A stretch of 64,000 nucleotides of DNA from an uncultured Chthonomonadaceae bacterium (GTDB taxonomy: Bacteria; Armatimonadota; Chthonomonadetes; Chthonomonadales; Chthonomonadaceae), in assembly GCA_963817895.1 (NCBI GenBank), contig CAWFQB010000003.1:416001-480000 (forward strand), read 5' to 3'. Position 1 is the first letter of the stretch, and every line of letters begins with the position of its first letter. Below the pieces are notes generated by a model that was not told the DNA's origin, searched no databases, and was given only the letters and a program-made list of their open reading frames with translations. Positions 9,218 through 21,714 of the stretch are shown here, one piece after another. A program made the position numbers and the translations under genes.

Positions 9218-10759
9218 TCATTTTACCATATTGGGGGCGGTTGGGCGCGATTGGCGGCGCAGGCGGGTGAGAATGGCGCGCGTCCAGGGCATGGACAACA
9301 GGGTACAGGTTATAGCCGTAAGGGTTGTCAGGGCAATGCCGGGGAGCAGGACGAGGGGGGACGCGCGGGAGGAGAACAGTAATCGAGCCGCGCCGACAAT
9401 CAGCAGGCCGATGCACAGCGGCAGGGCCACATCCCGCGCGTACCACGCCTTCATTTCCCCGCGCAGCAAACGGCGGTGCATGATGGGCACTTCCAGCAGC
9501 AGATAGCCCGCATTGGTTGTCAGGCACATCGCGCAGCCGCCAACCGCGCCCCAGTGCCGGACCGCCAGCCAGGTTAGCGGAACAACCGTAATTGTCGCAA
9601 TCAGGTTCTTCGTTGCGGCAAGCGAAGTCCAGCCGTATGCGAGTTGCAGCGCGTAGGGCAGCGTGACAAGCCCGTTGAGCGCGGTTCCGATCAGCAGCAG
9701 GCGAAATATCGGCTCGGCATGGCGAACGATTTCCGGGTTGCGCAGAAACAGGGAAAGCAGTTCATGCGCGAACATCGCGCCGACAAGGGCGACCGGCACG
9801 ACGATAGCGGCCAGAATCTGGCAGCTTTTGTGATAAAACCGGGCCAATTCCGCTTCGTCTTGCAGGGCGACAAGCTGCGAAAAGCGGGGAAAGACGGCGT
9901 TGTAGATGGGGGTGAACAGCAGGGGCAGGGCGTTGTTGGCGAGACTGGCGGCTATGGTGTAGTAGCCGAAAGCGGCAAGGCTTAACGACGCGCCCACTAC
10001 CATTTTGTCGGACTGCGACAGCAGCACGGTTGTCAGGGCAACGCCGGTCATTCCCGCCGTAAACCGCGCGTTTTTATGCCACAGGTCCTTGCGGAAGCGG
10101 GCGGGAACCGGACACGCGGGCAGGGATTTCCACAGGCAGCCGACAAGCAGGGCGGTTTGTATTGCCCACACCGCCGCCATCCACCACAAATACGCCTGAA
10201 TGGTACGCGACACGAACATCAGAATCAGCAGCGCGCCGATGCTTTGCAGCGTGGCAATGAGAATACGAATCAGGTTTAACGCCACCTGTTTCTGCAATCC
10301 CGCCAGCCCGCTGCTGTAAAACGAGTCGGGCCACTGAAACACCATAATCACGCCGATAATGCGAATCGCCTGAACGACGGTAGAAGCAGGCAGGATTTCG
10401 GCGTGAAAGGCGTGACGCGCAATCCAGGGCGCGAGCAGAATGGTTCCCAACCCGATCATCGCGCCGATAAGCCAGTAGACGATTTCCAGTGTCCGCGCCA
10501 GATCGCGCTGCTCCTGTTGTGTGTCGGGCAGAGCGGAAAGGCGGGCCAGTTCGCGCATCATCAGCGGGCTGAGTCCCAGATCGAGCAGCATCACAACCGT
10601 TTGCAGCGTGATGAACACGCCCACCAATCCGTACCCCTCCGCGCCGAGAAAATCCAGATAAAACGGCACGACAAGGAAACTGACCAGCGCGGCGTACAGC
10701 CTGCCCGCCAGATTTCCCGCCACATTGCGCTTGATGGATACGCTTTTCACGCCGTTCAT
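9218..10759 (-). CDS. wzx: Wzx flippase (MOP/MATE superfamily)
   Basis: LGAEGYGLVG, LDLGLS, SQSDKMVV, FGYYTIA, VFPRFSQ; 12-14 TM segments. Confidence 0.9.
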   Translation of the reverse strand: MNGVKSVSIKRNVAGNLAGRLYAALVSFLVVPFYLDFLGAEGYGLVGVFITLQTVVMLLDLGLSPLMMRELARLSALPDTQQEQRDLARTLEIVYWLIGAMIGLGTILLAPWIARHAFHAEILPASTVVQAIRIIGVIMVFQWPDSFYSSGLAGLQKQVALNLIRILIATLQSIGALLILMFVSRTIQAYLWWMAAVWAIQTALLVGCLWKSLPACPVPARFRKDLWHKNARFTAGMTGVALTTVLLSQSDKMVVGASLSLAAFGYYTIAASLANNALPLLFTPIYNAVFPRFSQLVALQDEAELARFYHKSCQILAAIVVPVALVGAMFAHELLSLFLRNPEIVRHAEPIFRLLLIGTALNGLVTLPYALQLAYGWTSLAATKNLIATITVVPLTWLAVRHWGAVGGCAMCLTTNAGYLLLEVPIMHRRLLRGEMKAWYARDVALPLCIGLLIVGAARLLFSSRASPLVLLPGIALTTLTAITCTLLSMPWTRAILTRLRRQSRPTAPNMVK

Positions 10760-10796
10760 TTTCCTGTGTTTGCGCTATTCGTACACGCCAATCTCA

Positions 10797-10841
10797 ATAA
10801 CACGCCGCGCGCGATTGCCGTAATCGGGCGCGGCGTATTAA
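10797..10841. terminator. Intra-operon hairpin between the chain-length gene and wzx
   Basis: acgccgcgc-gcgatt...aatcg-g-gcgcggcgt inverted repeat. Confidence 0.45.
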
Positions 10842-10899
10842 GAGCAATACTGTTCCAGTAAGCGTTCGTAGGGACACAACTTGTTGTGTCCTCTTCCGG

Positions 10900-12546
10900 T
10901 CAGCGCCGCCGGGTCACTTTCGCATCCGGGGTTTTTACGCCGTTCTTGCCGTTGCCATTGCTGCCATTGCCGTTGCCATTCCCGTTTGTGGAATGGGTTT
11001 CTTCAGGGACGTTCTGCGCTGTCGCGCCGTTGCCGTTTTCTGCCGCATGATGGCCGTTGCCGTTGCCATTTCCATTGCTATGAGCGCCATTCGTCATGCC
11101 GTTGCCGCCATAGCCTCCTGTGGACAGGGCGAACTGATAGGCGTTCAGCGATTGGCGGCGAAGCCCGCGCATGTACTCGAACGCGGTCACGAGCGCCATA
11201 GCGAACAGGGCGATCAGAATACTGGCGCGGGCGGGGCTGCTGTTGCCCTGCATGTTGGTGTCCGGCGGCAGCGCGTCATCCAGAATGGAGATTTTGCTTT
11301 TGCCTGTCAGCGTGCTTAATCGCACGTCTACGGCCTTCACTTCCGCCGCCTGCATACGTTGCTGCGCGATGCCCTGATCGGTGCGCAGTTGTTCCATGCG
11401 CCACGCGAGATCGCGGCGCGAGAACAGATTGGATTCCGCTTTGGTCGCCAGTTTGACAAGGGACGCGCGCCGATCTTTCTGAACATCAAGCTGCTTGCGC
11501 GTATCCATTTGATCGGTCGTTTGCAGCTTCTGGATACCCTTCAACTGCTGCGCCAGATCCTCTTTCGCATGGCGCACGTTATCTTCGGCTTCCTGATAGG
11601 CGCGGGCTTCCGGGTTATAAGCGTCGCTGACGCGCTTGAAATTGCTTTCCGCCGCCGAAAGTCGGGAGCGGGCGCTGTTGAGCAGGCTGTCCTCAGCGGG
11701 CAGAATGGGGATGTTTTTCACCTGCTCGGCATGGAGTTTTTTGGACGCCTCCTGCGCGACAAGCGTGGCCCGCATATCGGCGTCAATCTGGTCAATCTGG
11801 TTGTACAGGCTGAACAGATAGTCGGGGCCGTTGGATTCGATGTTGTTGCCGACGGGAGTGCTGGTAACGGGCTTGTCTTTCCAGCTGAAAACGAAATTGC
11901 GCAGGCGGGTGGTGGCCCGCTGATAGTTTTCGCGGGCGTCCCGTCGCTCGTTCTGGACGATTTTCAGCAGCGCGTTCGCGCCCTCGGAGTTGCTTTCGCT
12001 GTAAAAGTCCGCCAGTTCATCCGCGTACTCGTTCGCCACTTCCGCGACGAGCTGGCGTACCTGTTCGGCTTTGCGTTCCGAACCGGGCGCTTTGACGGGC
12101 GGCGCTTCCATGACAAAGTGGATAATCAGCAGGCCCTCGAAGCTTGAATCATCCGGTTTCATGCCGTTGCGCAGAAGGTTGACGGCTTCCTTGCGGCTGC
12201 TCAGGCGCAGGCGTTGCGCCAGATCGAGGCGACGCTCCACCTTTTCCGCCATCATGCGGCTGGCAAGCAGGCCCATGTACTTGTGCGAACCGCCGCCCGC
12301 GCCGCCAAGCAGCGCGCTCAGTCCGCTGGGTATGCCTACCGGCCCGGACTGCTGCATGGCAACGGAACACTCGCTCATAAACTGCTGCGGCGCGGAGTAC
12401 AACTGGCGCAGGGCGTAGCCACCGCCCACGACAAGCCCCACGAGAGCCAGCGTGGCCGCTTTGCGACGCAGAATGTCGCGCAGCAGGGGAAAGTCAATAT
12501 GGAAGTTGAGGTCCTGTTCAGGCAGGAGAATAGGTTTTGTTTCCAT
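10900..12546 (-). CDS. Polysaccharide co-polymerase / chain-length determinant (Wzz/GumC-like, no kinase domain)
   Basis: TM, then long coiled coil, ISILDDALPP, TM; Asn-Gly low-complexity tail. Confidence 0.75.
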   Translation of the reverse strand: METKPILLPEQDLNFHIDFPLLRDILRRKAATLALVGLVVGGGYALRQLYSAPQQFMSECSVAMQQSGPVGIPSGLSALLGGAGGGSHKYMGLLASRMMAEKVERRLDLAQRLRLSSRKEAVNLLRNGMKPDDSSFEGLLIIHFVMEAPPVKAPGSERKAEQVRQLVAEVANEYADELADFYSESNSEGANALLKIVQNERRDARENYQRATTRLRNFVFSWKDKPVTSTPVGNNIESNGPDYLFSLYNQIDQIDADMRATLVAQEASKKLHAEQVKNIPILPAEDSLLNSARSRLSAAESNFKRVSDAYNPEARAYQEAEDNVRHAKEDLAQQLKGIQKLQTTDQMDTRKQLDVQKDRRASLVKLATKAESNLFSRRDLAWRMEQLRTDQGIAQQRMQAAEVKAVDVRLSTLTGKSKISILDDALPPDTNMQGNSSPARASILIALFAMALVTAFEYMRGLRRQSLNAYQFALSTGGYGGNGMTNGAHSNGNGNGNGHHAAENGNGATAQNVPEETHSTNGNGNGNGSNGNGKNGVKTPDAKVTRRR

Positions 12547-15500
12547 CAGATTCCGAATACTCCGGTCGCGAGCTTGAAGATGATCGCCGAATTGGTGATG
12601 GACTTGAAGAAATCGCCGATACCATCGCGATGCTGCGCGATGTTGGCCGCCAGCACTTTGGTCGGGACGAGAATCACGTCGCCGGGGCGCAGTTCTTTGA
12701 CTTTGTTGGCGGGAATAATGCCGCCGCCTGCGCGGATCACTTCAATGGTCTTTAGCGCGGCATCCGGGGCGTAACCGCCCGCCTGCGCGATGTAGTAGTC
12801 CAGCGATTGCCCGGCAGGAACAGAACGCCGCGCTGATTGGTGACGGCCCCGATGACCTGGATCGGTTGTCGGCTTTTCGGGAACGATGATGGTGTCGCCG
12901 TCCAGCAGCAGAATGTCATCGTCCGTTCTGCCGCCGGGTGTTTGGCTTCGTCGAGAGCGGCGGGCAGGTTGACGGCGATGTTGCCGCTGGGATCGAGTTC
13001 CTTGTCCGTCAGGCGGCGCGGGTCTGTGACCAGCTCGTGCTCGGACAGTTTGGACGCGATGGCGACTGCCGGCGGCATTGTTGAGCGCGCTGCTGCTTTG
13101 CGCGCCGCCGAGCAGGCTGCCGCTGTCATGTGGTCTGCCCAGCGCTTTCAGGCGCTCGATGTCGGATTTGGCGCGTTCGCTGCTTGAAATCCTGTCGTTG
13201 AGCAGGTTGGTGAGCGTGCCTATCGATGGCCGCGAGTTCCCTCTGCGTTTTGGAAGACAGCTTGGCTGGGTCGCGATTGAACTCCGCGCCTTCGGGGAAG
13301 GCTTCGGGGCGCAGGCCGCCCGCTTCGGCAATGGCGTCGCTCAGGCGCACGTTTTTGTTTTTCAGGATGATGGGGCCGGGCGAGTTGACCGCGCCTTTGA
13401 CGTACACGACGGCGGGCCGCTCGTCAATGCCGCCCGTGCCCTGCACGGCAATCACGTCGCCGTCTTCCAGCCGCATATCGTCCTGCGGCGCGCACTGCAA
13501 CTGCGAATCGAACTGCACGGACACAATGCCGTTGTTAGCGTCTTTGGACATCCACGGAACGGCGGGCATGGGCGATTTTCACGTTCGGATGCGCGCCGGG
13601 CCGGAACCAGCCGGCAAGCCGCAGGGCGTCCGTCAGGCGCATGCCTTCGCCGCGCGGATAAAAGCCCGGCGTGACCACTTCGCCTTCCACGCGCACCTGA
13701 TGCGCGGCGATAAACTGCGCTTCCGTGTTTTTGTACACGGCCACGATGTCGTTGTCTTCGAGGACAATGTTTTTCGCCGGGTCGCCATGCGCCACATCGG
13801 CCACGAGAACGGGTTCCATACTTGTACGTGCCGTCGCCGTGCTGATGGATGATTTCGATGCGCTCCGCATTGGGCAGCGCGCCGCCCGCCCGCAGCAGAA
13901 TGTCGAGGACGCGCATGTTCTGGCTGTACTCGTACACGCCTTCGCGCTGCACGGCCCCGCGCACTTCGATTTTGCGCGTGCCGACAAAAGCGGCTTCGGT
14001 GCGGGAGTAGATTTCCAGACTGTCCCACTTCATCAGGGGGATGTTGCTTTGCGGGTCGTTTTCAATGGCTTTGGCAAGGTCAATGGGAATCAGCGTGGTC
14101 GTATTGTCGCCGTTCCAGCGCTTCAGGGCGGCGCGTCCAAGATACGCTTCGCTGATGGGGTTGCGGGCGATGCGCAGCAGGTCGGCAACTCTCATACCGG
14201 GCGTAAGCGCGTAATCTCCGGGCTGCGAAATGGCCCCGGATACGTGCACTTTGTTGTCCACGATCTGGCGCACGGAATGGATTTCGACGCTGTCGCCGTC
14301 GTACAGGCGAACGGCTTCCACCTGCGTTTTGTCCCGCAGATTGATGTTTTTCAGAACGCGGTTCTGGCCGGGTTCGAGAGTATTCAGCTGTACGATCTGA
14401 TCCACGCCCGACGCCTTCACGCCGCCCGCAAATTTCAGCGCGTCCTTCAGGCTCTCGTCGTCTTTCATCTCGTACAGGGCGGGGTGGCGCACTTCGCCGA
14501 TGAGCGCGACGCGGGCTCCGCTCGGGGGAATCACCAGCATATCGCCCGCCCGCATAATCACGTCTTCCTGCCCGTCACCCTTCATGAACTTGTAAAAGTC
14601 GAGGGTTTTGAACTCTTTGCCCTCGCGCATCACTTTGATTTCGCGCAGGGAGCCGTCTATGGTCGGCCCGCCCGCCCCGTACAGCATGTTGAAGGCGGAG
14701 ATCACGCCCGGAACCACATACGTTCCCGGCTGCACGGCCTCGCCCTGCACGGTTACAGAGATCGAGCGCAGTTGCTTCAGGCTGAGGGATACCTGCGCGC
14801 CCTTGTAGTAGCGCAGGGCGCGAGTCTGTAAATCTCTTTCCAGTTGATCCAGCGTTTTGCCGCGCACCACGATGCGCCCCATTTCGCCCAGGTCGAGATT
14901 GCCCAGATTGTCTATCATCCGATCAATATCCATTGCGGGGAGTTTGGGCGTGGTAATGTGGATCACCACTTCGTCTCCGCCGGATAACTGATAGGTGGAG
15001 GGCGGGGACGCGATGATGTTGTTGGTCAACTGCGTCAGGGGGTCAATGATGCCCTCATAGCCGCTCACCGTCGAGCGTTGCGGGAACGGATTGTACCCAT
15101 TGTTGTAGCCGTTATAGCCATTATTATAACCGTTATTGTAGTAGCCGTTGTTGGGGCCATACGGATACCCATTCTGTCCGTTGTTTGGAAAGTTCGGATT
15201 ACCGGGGTTGTTCGGAAAATTGGGGTTGTTCCGATTATTGGGGTTGTACTGGCCGTTCGGATTATTCGGATATCCGGTTATGGGATCGAGCGGACGGTTG
15301 TTATTGGGATCGTTGGGGGTTCCGGTAGTTGTCGGAATTGCGTCCCGGCGCGCGGGTATCCCCATTGCGCCCCTGCAACCGTCCCTGTATGATGGCGTCC
15401 TCTTCCAGAGCGGCGTCATTGGAGTCCGCATCCTGACGGTTGGCGTTGCGGCGTCGCTCGGCGTCGGTGGAGCCGTTATCCTCCTGCGAACCGCCGCTGT

Positions 15501-16116
15501 TGTCCCCGTTGTCGCGTCCGTTCGGGCTGTTACTGTTGTTTGTATCGGAACCGTTGCGGCTGCGAAGCGTTCCGTGTTGGCGTCATTGCCGTTGCGGTTG
15601 TTGTCGCTGTTGGACGCGCTGCGGCTGCCGTTGCGATTGTTGCTGCGGGCCGAACCGCTGCCGTTGCCGCCGTTCAGGGCGCTGAGAAGGCCGTTGCGTC
15701 GGGCTTCCACGCCGCGCCGCGCAGAATCGAAATAGAGGAAGCCGTAAATCGGAAGGTCTTTGGCGTCCGTGACCATGCGCGGATCGCTCGGGCTGCTCTG
15801 ATGGTCGCCGAAGTCGCGTTTGGGATGGTACGGCATTCGGGCCGTGCCGTCGCGGTTGAAGTCGCGCGTGTTGTTGCCGCCGCCCGTATTGGGGTCAATA
15901 ATCACGGCGGGGTTGCCGGGGGCGGGCGGCATCTTTTTCAGACGATCCAGCTCTTCCTGCTTTTTCGCCTGTTCGGGCGTGGTCTGGCGTGGGCGGGGGC
16001 GTCCCCGGCGTTTGCGCCATTACGGGCGTCAGCAGCGACGTGGAATAGGCGACCAGCGACAGGGTTGAGACACAGGAGGCGATGCGGCGGGCGCGAGGAT
16101 GCTGTTGGAAATTCAT
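12546..16116 (-). CDS. Multi-SLBB polysaccharide export protein (Wza/KpsD-like), several frameshifts
   Basis: Signal peptide MNFQQH...VMAQ; YQLSGGDEV; repeated V-x-V-x-G-E/A-V-x-x-PG SLBB units; end LRPGDVILVP. Spread over several ORF fragments. Confidence 0.85.
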
Positions 16117-17097
16117 ACGTTGTCAGGTCTCCTTCCGCGCTGGATTGCCGACGCGGGGGAGGCGCGGGCAGGCAGGGCGGTTTCAGGCCGATAGCGGACA
16201 GGTCACAGCGACGGCAAGCCGGACGCGAGGCAGGCAAAATCAAACCTGCAACGGGCGAATTGTTGTCGCGGAACCGGGAAAGTTCAGTCGGAACTATGAA
16301 TATAGCGCGGAAGAACACGTTGCGAGTACGGGAGCGTGTGGTCTTGCCGAAAACGGGGGCGTCAGGGCCGCTAAACGAAACATTTTGGCTTAGTATATCC
16401 TATTTTACGGGCTACTGCCGGTTTTACGGCGTCTGGCGCGAAAAAAGTTCCGGCGGGGAGGATATTCACCACCCGCCTGCGGCTAGAGGCACAGAGGCAC
16501 AGAGGTTTCACAGAGAAAAGAAGAGAAGGAGAAGAGGAGAATGAGGGGGAATGTGTGTGGCAGGGAATGGGTTATAACTGCCGGTCGGCAGACGCAGGAA
16601 TAAACCGCGTTAAAATAAAATTTGAAAAACTGTTGTTTTCCTGCTGAAATGTTTGGCAGAACGCAGTATACTGATGTATAGATGCGTAAATTAACGGTTC
16701 GTTTGCTTTGCAGCCGGGTTGCGTTTTGGGTTTGATCCACTTTTTGCTTCTTCTTCCGGCTTGTGCTCGCCTGTTTGCTTTTTGGCGGCATCGGTCTTCT
16801 GGTTTGACATGTAATACGGTGTGCGGCAATCCTGTTGTTGATCGCGTGAGCGCCTGGGCTTGTGTTGTGTCCCAGAGTAACGTGTTTGTTGCCTTGCCTG
16901 TCCGTTCGATTGTTGATCCGGGAGATTGTGTCGTCCTCCTTTCTCCACTGCTGTTTGCAAAACCATTTTCAAAACCGGTTCCATTGTTGTGGCTTTCGGA
17001 AGCGGCTTTTAGCCTGTAGTTCCGCCTGCCGTTAAAGGTTTTGCATCTCTATGCGTGTTGTCACCTGCTAGTGATGCTGATTTTGTGGAGAGCGATT

Positions 17098-20000
17098 ATG
17101 CCCCAACGTCTGCTGGTTTCCCTGCTGTTCGCCGTTTGGACGCTGTGCTTGTTTACCGTCCGTTCTGCCCGCGCCGCCGCGCCGCTGCGCATCAGCTGCG
17201 GCAGCCCGGTCATGGTCGGAACATTCGGCTCGGACGCCTATTACAATGCCAGTGCGCCGATCTCCACTACGACGGGGGTTGACGTGAAGGGCGTTGCCAA
17301 CGCCGCGCCCGCAGCCGTATACCAGACGCAGAACACTGCTGCCACGCTGCTGGCGTATAATATCCCCGGCTTCACTCCTGCCGCCGCTTACACCGTCCGT
17401 CTGCACTTTGCCGAACTGGTTTATAATGCGGCGAACAGCCGCGTGATGAACATCGCCATTAACGGCGTCAGCGCGCTGAACAACTTCGATATATGGGCAA
17501 CGGCGGGAGCCAAAAACCGGGCCGTCGTGAAAACATTCAATGCTGTGGCAAGCAGCAACGGCTACATCCTCATCACTTTCGTTCCTGTCAGCGGCAGCAG
17601 TGTGGTCAATGGCATCGAGATCGTGCCGATTCCCATTCTGCCCAACGACCATCCCCTGCCTGGATGGGCTGCGGGTGTGATGCCGATGAACGGGGGCGGA
17701 ACCGGGGGCATGGGGCCGTCTTCGGCGGATGGCGTGAATCTGGCGTTGGGCGTGTATGAGAACGATCCGGGCGCGGACATTGGCGCGCGGAACCCTGTCG
17801 GGCCATCCCCGGTGTTTGCCCGCCTGTATCGTTCCAGCAACGCTTTTGCAGGCTATGCCTCGCCGGGACTGACGCCGGGATGGACGCACAACTACGATGT
17901 CGTGGTACAGGCTAACCTGGGCAAGGCGGGGCCGCTCACGCTGCGCTATCCCAACGGCGCAACGGAACAGTGGGGGCTTGGCCCGCGCGTCACGAACGGC
18001 ATTGCGCGTCTGTCGCCGCCGCCGGGAACGCCCTACATGGTGACGGGCGTTCCGGCGAATGGAAACTCCCTGAACGGGTGGCAGTCGCTGACCATGACGT
18101 TCAGTGACGAGAGCCGATGGACGTTTACGCCGTCTTCGGCTGCGACGTACCGGCTCACGCAGATCAGCAATCTTGTCGGGCGGTCTATCCAGATCAATTA
18201 CGACAGCTTAAATCGGCTTTACTCTATCACCGACGACGCTCAACTGCTCAATCCTATCGCTCCCCCCAATCTTCTGCTAGGTTTCGCCTACAACAATGGC
18301 CCTGCCGGCAAGCTGAACACTGTTTACGAGTATTCCAATCCTGCGCATGTACACATAGTAGTCTACTCCTATAATATGGACTACAAGGGATCGCAGTATC
18401 TGACGGGCGTGTCGCAAATCGCGCCCGACAGCGTATGAAATCCGCCGCTGCAATGGCAGTACCAGGGCCAGTTGCCGCTGTTCCGTGTGAGTGTTCCCGA
18501 CCCTACGGGGCTTGGCCTCTTTACGGGCAATGTTATCTACTATGATTCCAATGGCCGCGTTCAGCAAATCGCGGATGCCAACAACAATGTGCAGGTGTAC
18601 ACCTACGGCATGAACACGCAGGTGCAGACCGTCAACACCGGCACTGTCGCCGACATGGGCACGCAACTGTTCGACGGCCTTAACCGCGACCTGGGCGGGA
18701 TCGACGCGCTCAACCATCAGGCAAACATATTCTACGAAGACCCCTCCAACCCCTATCAGCCGACCCGCATGGTCAATCGCAACCAGCAGACAACGCTGTT
18801 CAGTTACGATCCCACTTATGGCAACCTGCTGACGGCGGATGTTCCGAGCAATGGCGGGCGGCTTACCGCCTCCTACACCTACGATTATACCGATTTCGCG
18901 ATGGGGCGGCTGTCGAGCGTACAGGTGGGCGGCAAAACGCCTACATCCGTCACATACTATACGAACAACACGGTCGTCAACAACATACCGCAGGCGAACG
19001 GGCTTGTCCGGCAGGTCACATCACCGGCCCCGAACGGAGCCGGAACGGTCGCAACCACCTATGTGTATACGGCGCTTGGCAACGCGCTGCAAATTACGGT
19101 TCCCGGTCCCAATGGCCCGGTGACATACGCCTACAACTATACGCAGGATGGCAACTACACATGCGCAGAAGCGCTGGGCGAACCGCTGACCATTACCGAT
19201 CCGTTGGGACACGTCACGCATTTCCGCTACGACCCCTGGGGCAATCTCACGGCGATGCTGGACGCCATAGGACGCGAAACGGACTACTATTACAACGAGT
19301 CCAGCCAACTGATTGAAACCCTGTATCCGCCAAAGGGCGCCAACAGTCCGGGGCGCAGTTACGCCATTTATAACTACCTGTATCTCGGAGGCCCGCTCCA
19401 GCAGACGCAGTTCTATGATGAGAGCGGAACGCTGGCGCGCTCCGTGCTGCGAACGGCGGGCAAGGAGGACGAAACCAAAGCGCAGACTGGGAGCGCAGAG
19501 AAGGCGACGCTCACCTACGATCCCTCCTATCGCGTGAAAACGCTGGCGGACGGCAACGGGCATGCTTTCGGTCACCAGTATGACCTCAACGGCAATTTGA
19601 AGCAGTTCACGCATCCGCTTGCCAATATGACAACCGGCTACGATACCAGCCGCGCCTTCTATGATAACGATGACAATGTCATGCAATCCATTGACGGCAA
19701 GAACCAAACCTTCAATTTCACGCTTGCGCCGGACGACAGCCGCCTGACCGATATTTTGTATCCCGCCAATACGCTGGGTACGACGCACTACGACTACGAC
19801 CAGTACGGGCGAGTCACGCGCCGAACGGACAAAGCGGGCGCGTATACGTATGCGTACGATGATCTGGACAACCTGCTGTCCACAACCACGACATACAAAA
19901 ACGCCTCATCCAGCGCCCTCAACCTGCCCGCGCAAACCATCTCCTACGTTTACAACCCGGACGGCAGCCGCAAGAGCATGACCACGCCGGGAGGAACATT

Positions 20001-21714
20001 CTCCTACACTTACGATAATGACGGACGGCTGACAAGCGTGAGTTTCCCCTGGGGCCAGAGTGTTCAATACGGCTACGACGATGCCAACCGCCTGACCCGT
20101 CAGACGCAGAGCAAATTCACCACAACATATATGTTCGACGGACTGGACAACCTGCTTGCGCTGAATCAGATTTCTAATGACGCCACTCATACAACCCTTG
20201 CTAATTTCACGGACATGCCCTACGATGCCACCGGCAATCGGCTGGGAATGACCATGACGATTCAAAAAGCGGCAGGAGACTTTACGGATGCGAGCGGCGT
20301 TTGCAGTTGGACATACGATACGGATGGAAAGCAGGATCAGCTAACAGGGGACGGCCGATCCCGCAACCGTATGCCGGGTTTCAATAGCTATAGCGAAACG
20401 TATCAGTCGGACGCGGCAGACAATTTGGTCGTTATGCGAGGCGGAGGCCAGACCTACAATGCCGACAATCAGCTTCTTAGTGGCGGCGGCTCAATTTATG
20501 ACGGCAACGGCAACGCGTTGGGCTACACATACGATGCGAACAATCGCATCGTGGGATTTGGCGGGAGAGCCTCTGCGGGCTATCGCGACGATGGCCTTCG
20601 GGCTTGGAAGCAGGCGACGTACAGCGGCTACCCGAGTATTACCTACTACCTGTATGATGGCGCGCATGTAGTGTGCGAACTCGGCAGCAACGGCGCGGCC
20701 CGGCACAATGTACGGGTGGGGCGCAACCGGACTGGCGCAGCTCGGGTACGGCAGCTACTACACCACGTATACGTTCGATCCGATGGGCAACGTGGTCAGC
20801 CGCTTTCCCGGCGGCTACACGCTCAACGAGCCGCAGGATTTCAGCGTCTACGATGCGTTCGGGTTCCGCCGCGCCTACTACTATCCGAACTTTCCGACCG
20901 CCACTGTGCCGCCGGATGCAGTCGGTTATGGCGGGCAGTGGGGCAACTACACGGATACGGAAACCGGGCTGATCCTGATGACGTTTCGGTACTACGATCC
21001 CGCCCGTTGCCGCTTCCTTACTCGTGACCCGATGGGCTACGAAGGCGGCGTCAACCTCTACGCCTACTGCCGCAACAATCCGATCAACCGCTTTGACCCG
21101 CTTGGGTTGGATTGGCATAGTTGGGTACATGGTGGATTGGCAGTTGCTTCCTTCATTCCAGCTGTGGGGCAGGTCTCAAGTGGCTTGGACGCTGTTTTGT
21201 ACCTGAGTGAAGGTAACTACGGTCAGGCTGGCTTGGCTGCATTAGGGGTAATACCTGGTGAGAAGTGGGTCGCGGCTGGTGCAAAGCTAGTTGCTGTTGC
21301 TAAAGGTGGGAGATTGCTGTCGAACACTAGCAAGACAGCGCGACTGGCCAGTAATGCAATTAAAATCGCGGCTGGCGCAGGTGAAGAAGTTGCGCCTGCG
21401 GTGATTGTGCGTATCATCAACAAAGGAGAAAAGATCAACGACATTATCAACGAGGCCAAATCACTGACTTTCGTAAACGACGTTGAACATGCTGTTGTTC
21501 GGCTTGCTGATGGAAGGCGCGCTCTTGTCTTTGGTGGCAAAACGGCATTAGCTTTGCGGAAGGCATGATTACGCGTATACTTGGACATACGCATCCATAT
21601 TCCGTTATTTCGATTGGTCGCTCCAATGCAGATGTCCAAGCCTTGCGACAGCTGGGGCAGAAGAGTTCTTACCTTATCGAACGCGGGTTAACGTCTAAGT
21701 TCTATGCAAAGTAG
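17098..21714 (+). CDS. Secreted Rhs/YD-repeat polymorphic toxin: signal peptide, malectin domain, Rhs core, PT-TG-like segment, JAB-like C-terminal toxin (in-frame TGA at 18436; frameshifts near 20700 and 21540)
   Basis: YTVRLHFAE...NGIEI malectin motif; YD repeats; RYYDPARCRFLTRDP...NPINRFDPLGL core end; tip E-HAVV...GHTHP...SNAD ending at TAG 21712-21714. Confidence 0.85.

Noticed and set aside
16691..16984. Small minus-strand ORFs upstream of the Rhs gene
   Set aside because: No convincing RBS or motif; cannot be supported from sequence alone.
18436..18438. In-frame TGA in the Rhs gene as selenocysteine or programmed readthrough
   Set aside because: No redox motif context. More likely a base-call error or a nonsense mutation.
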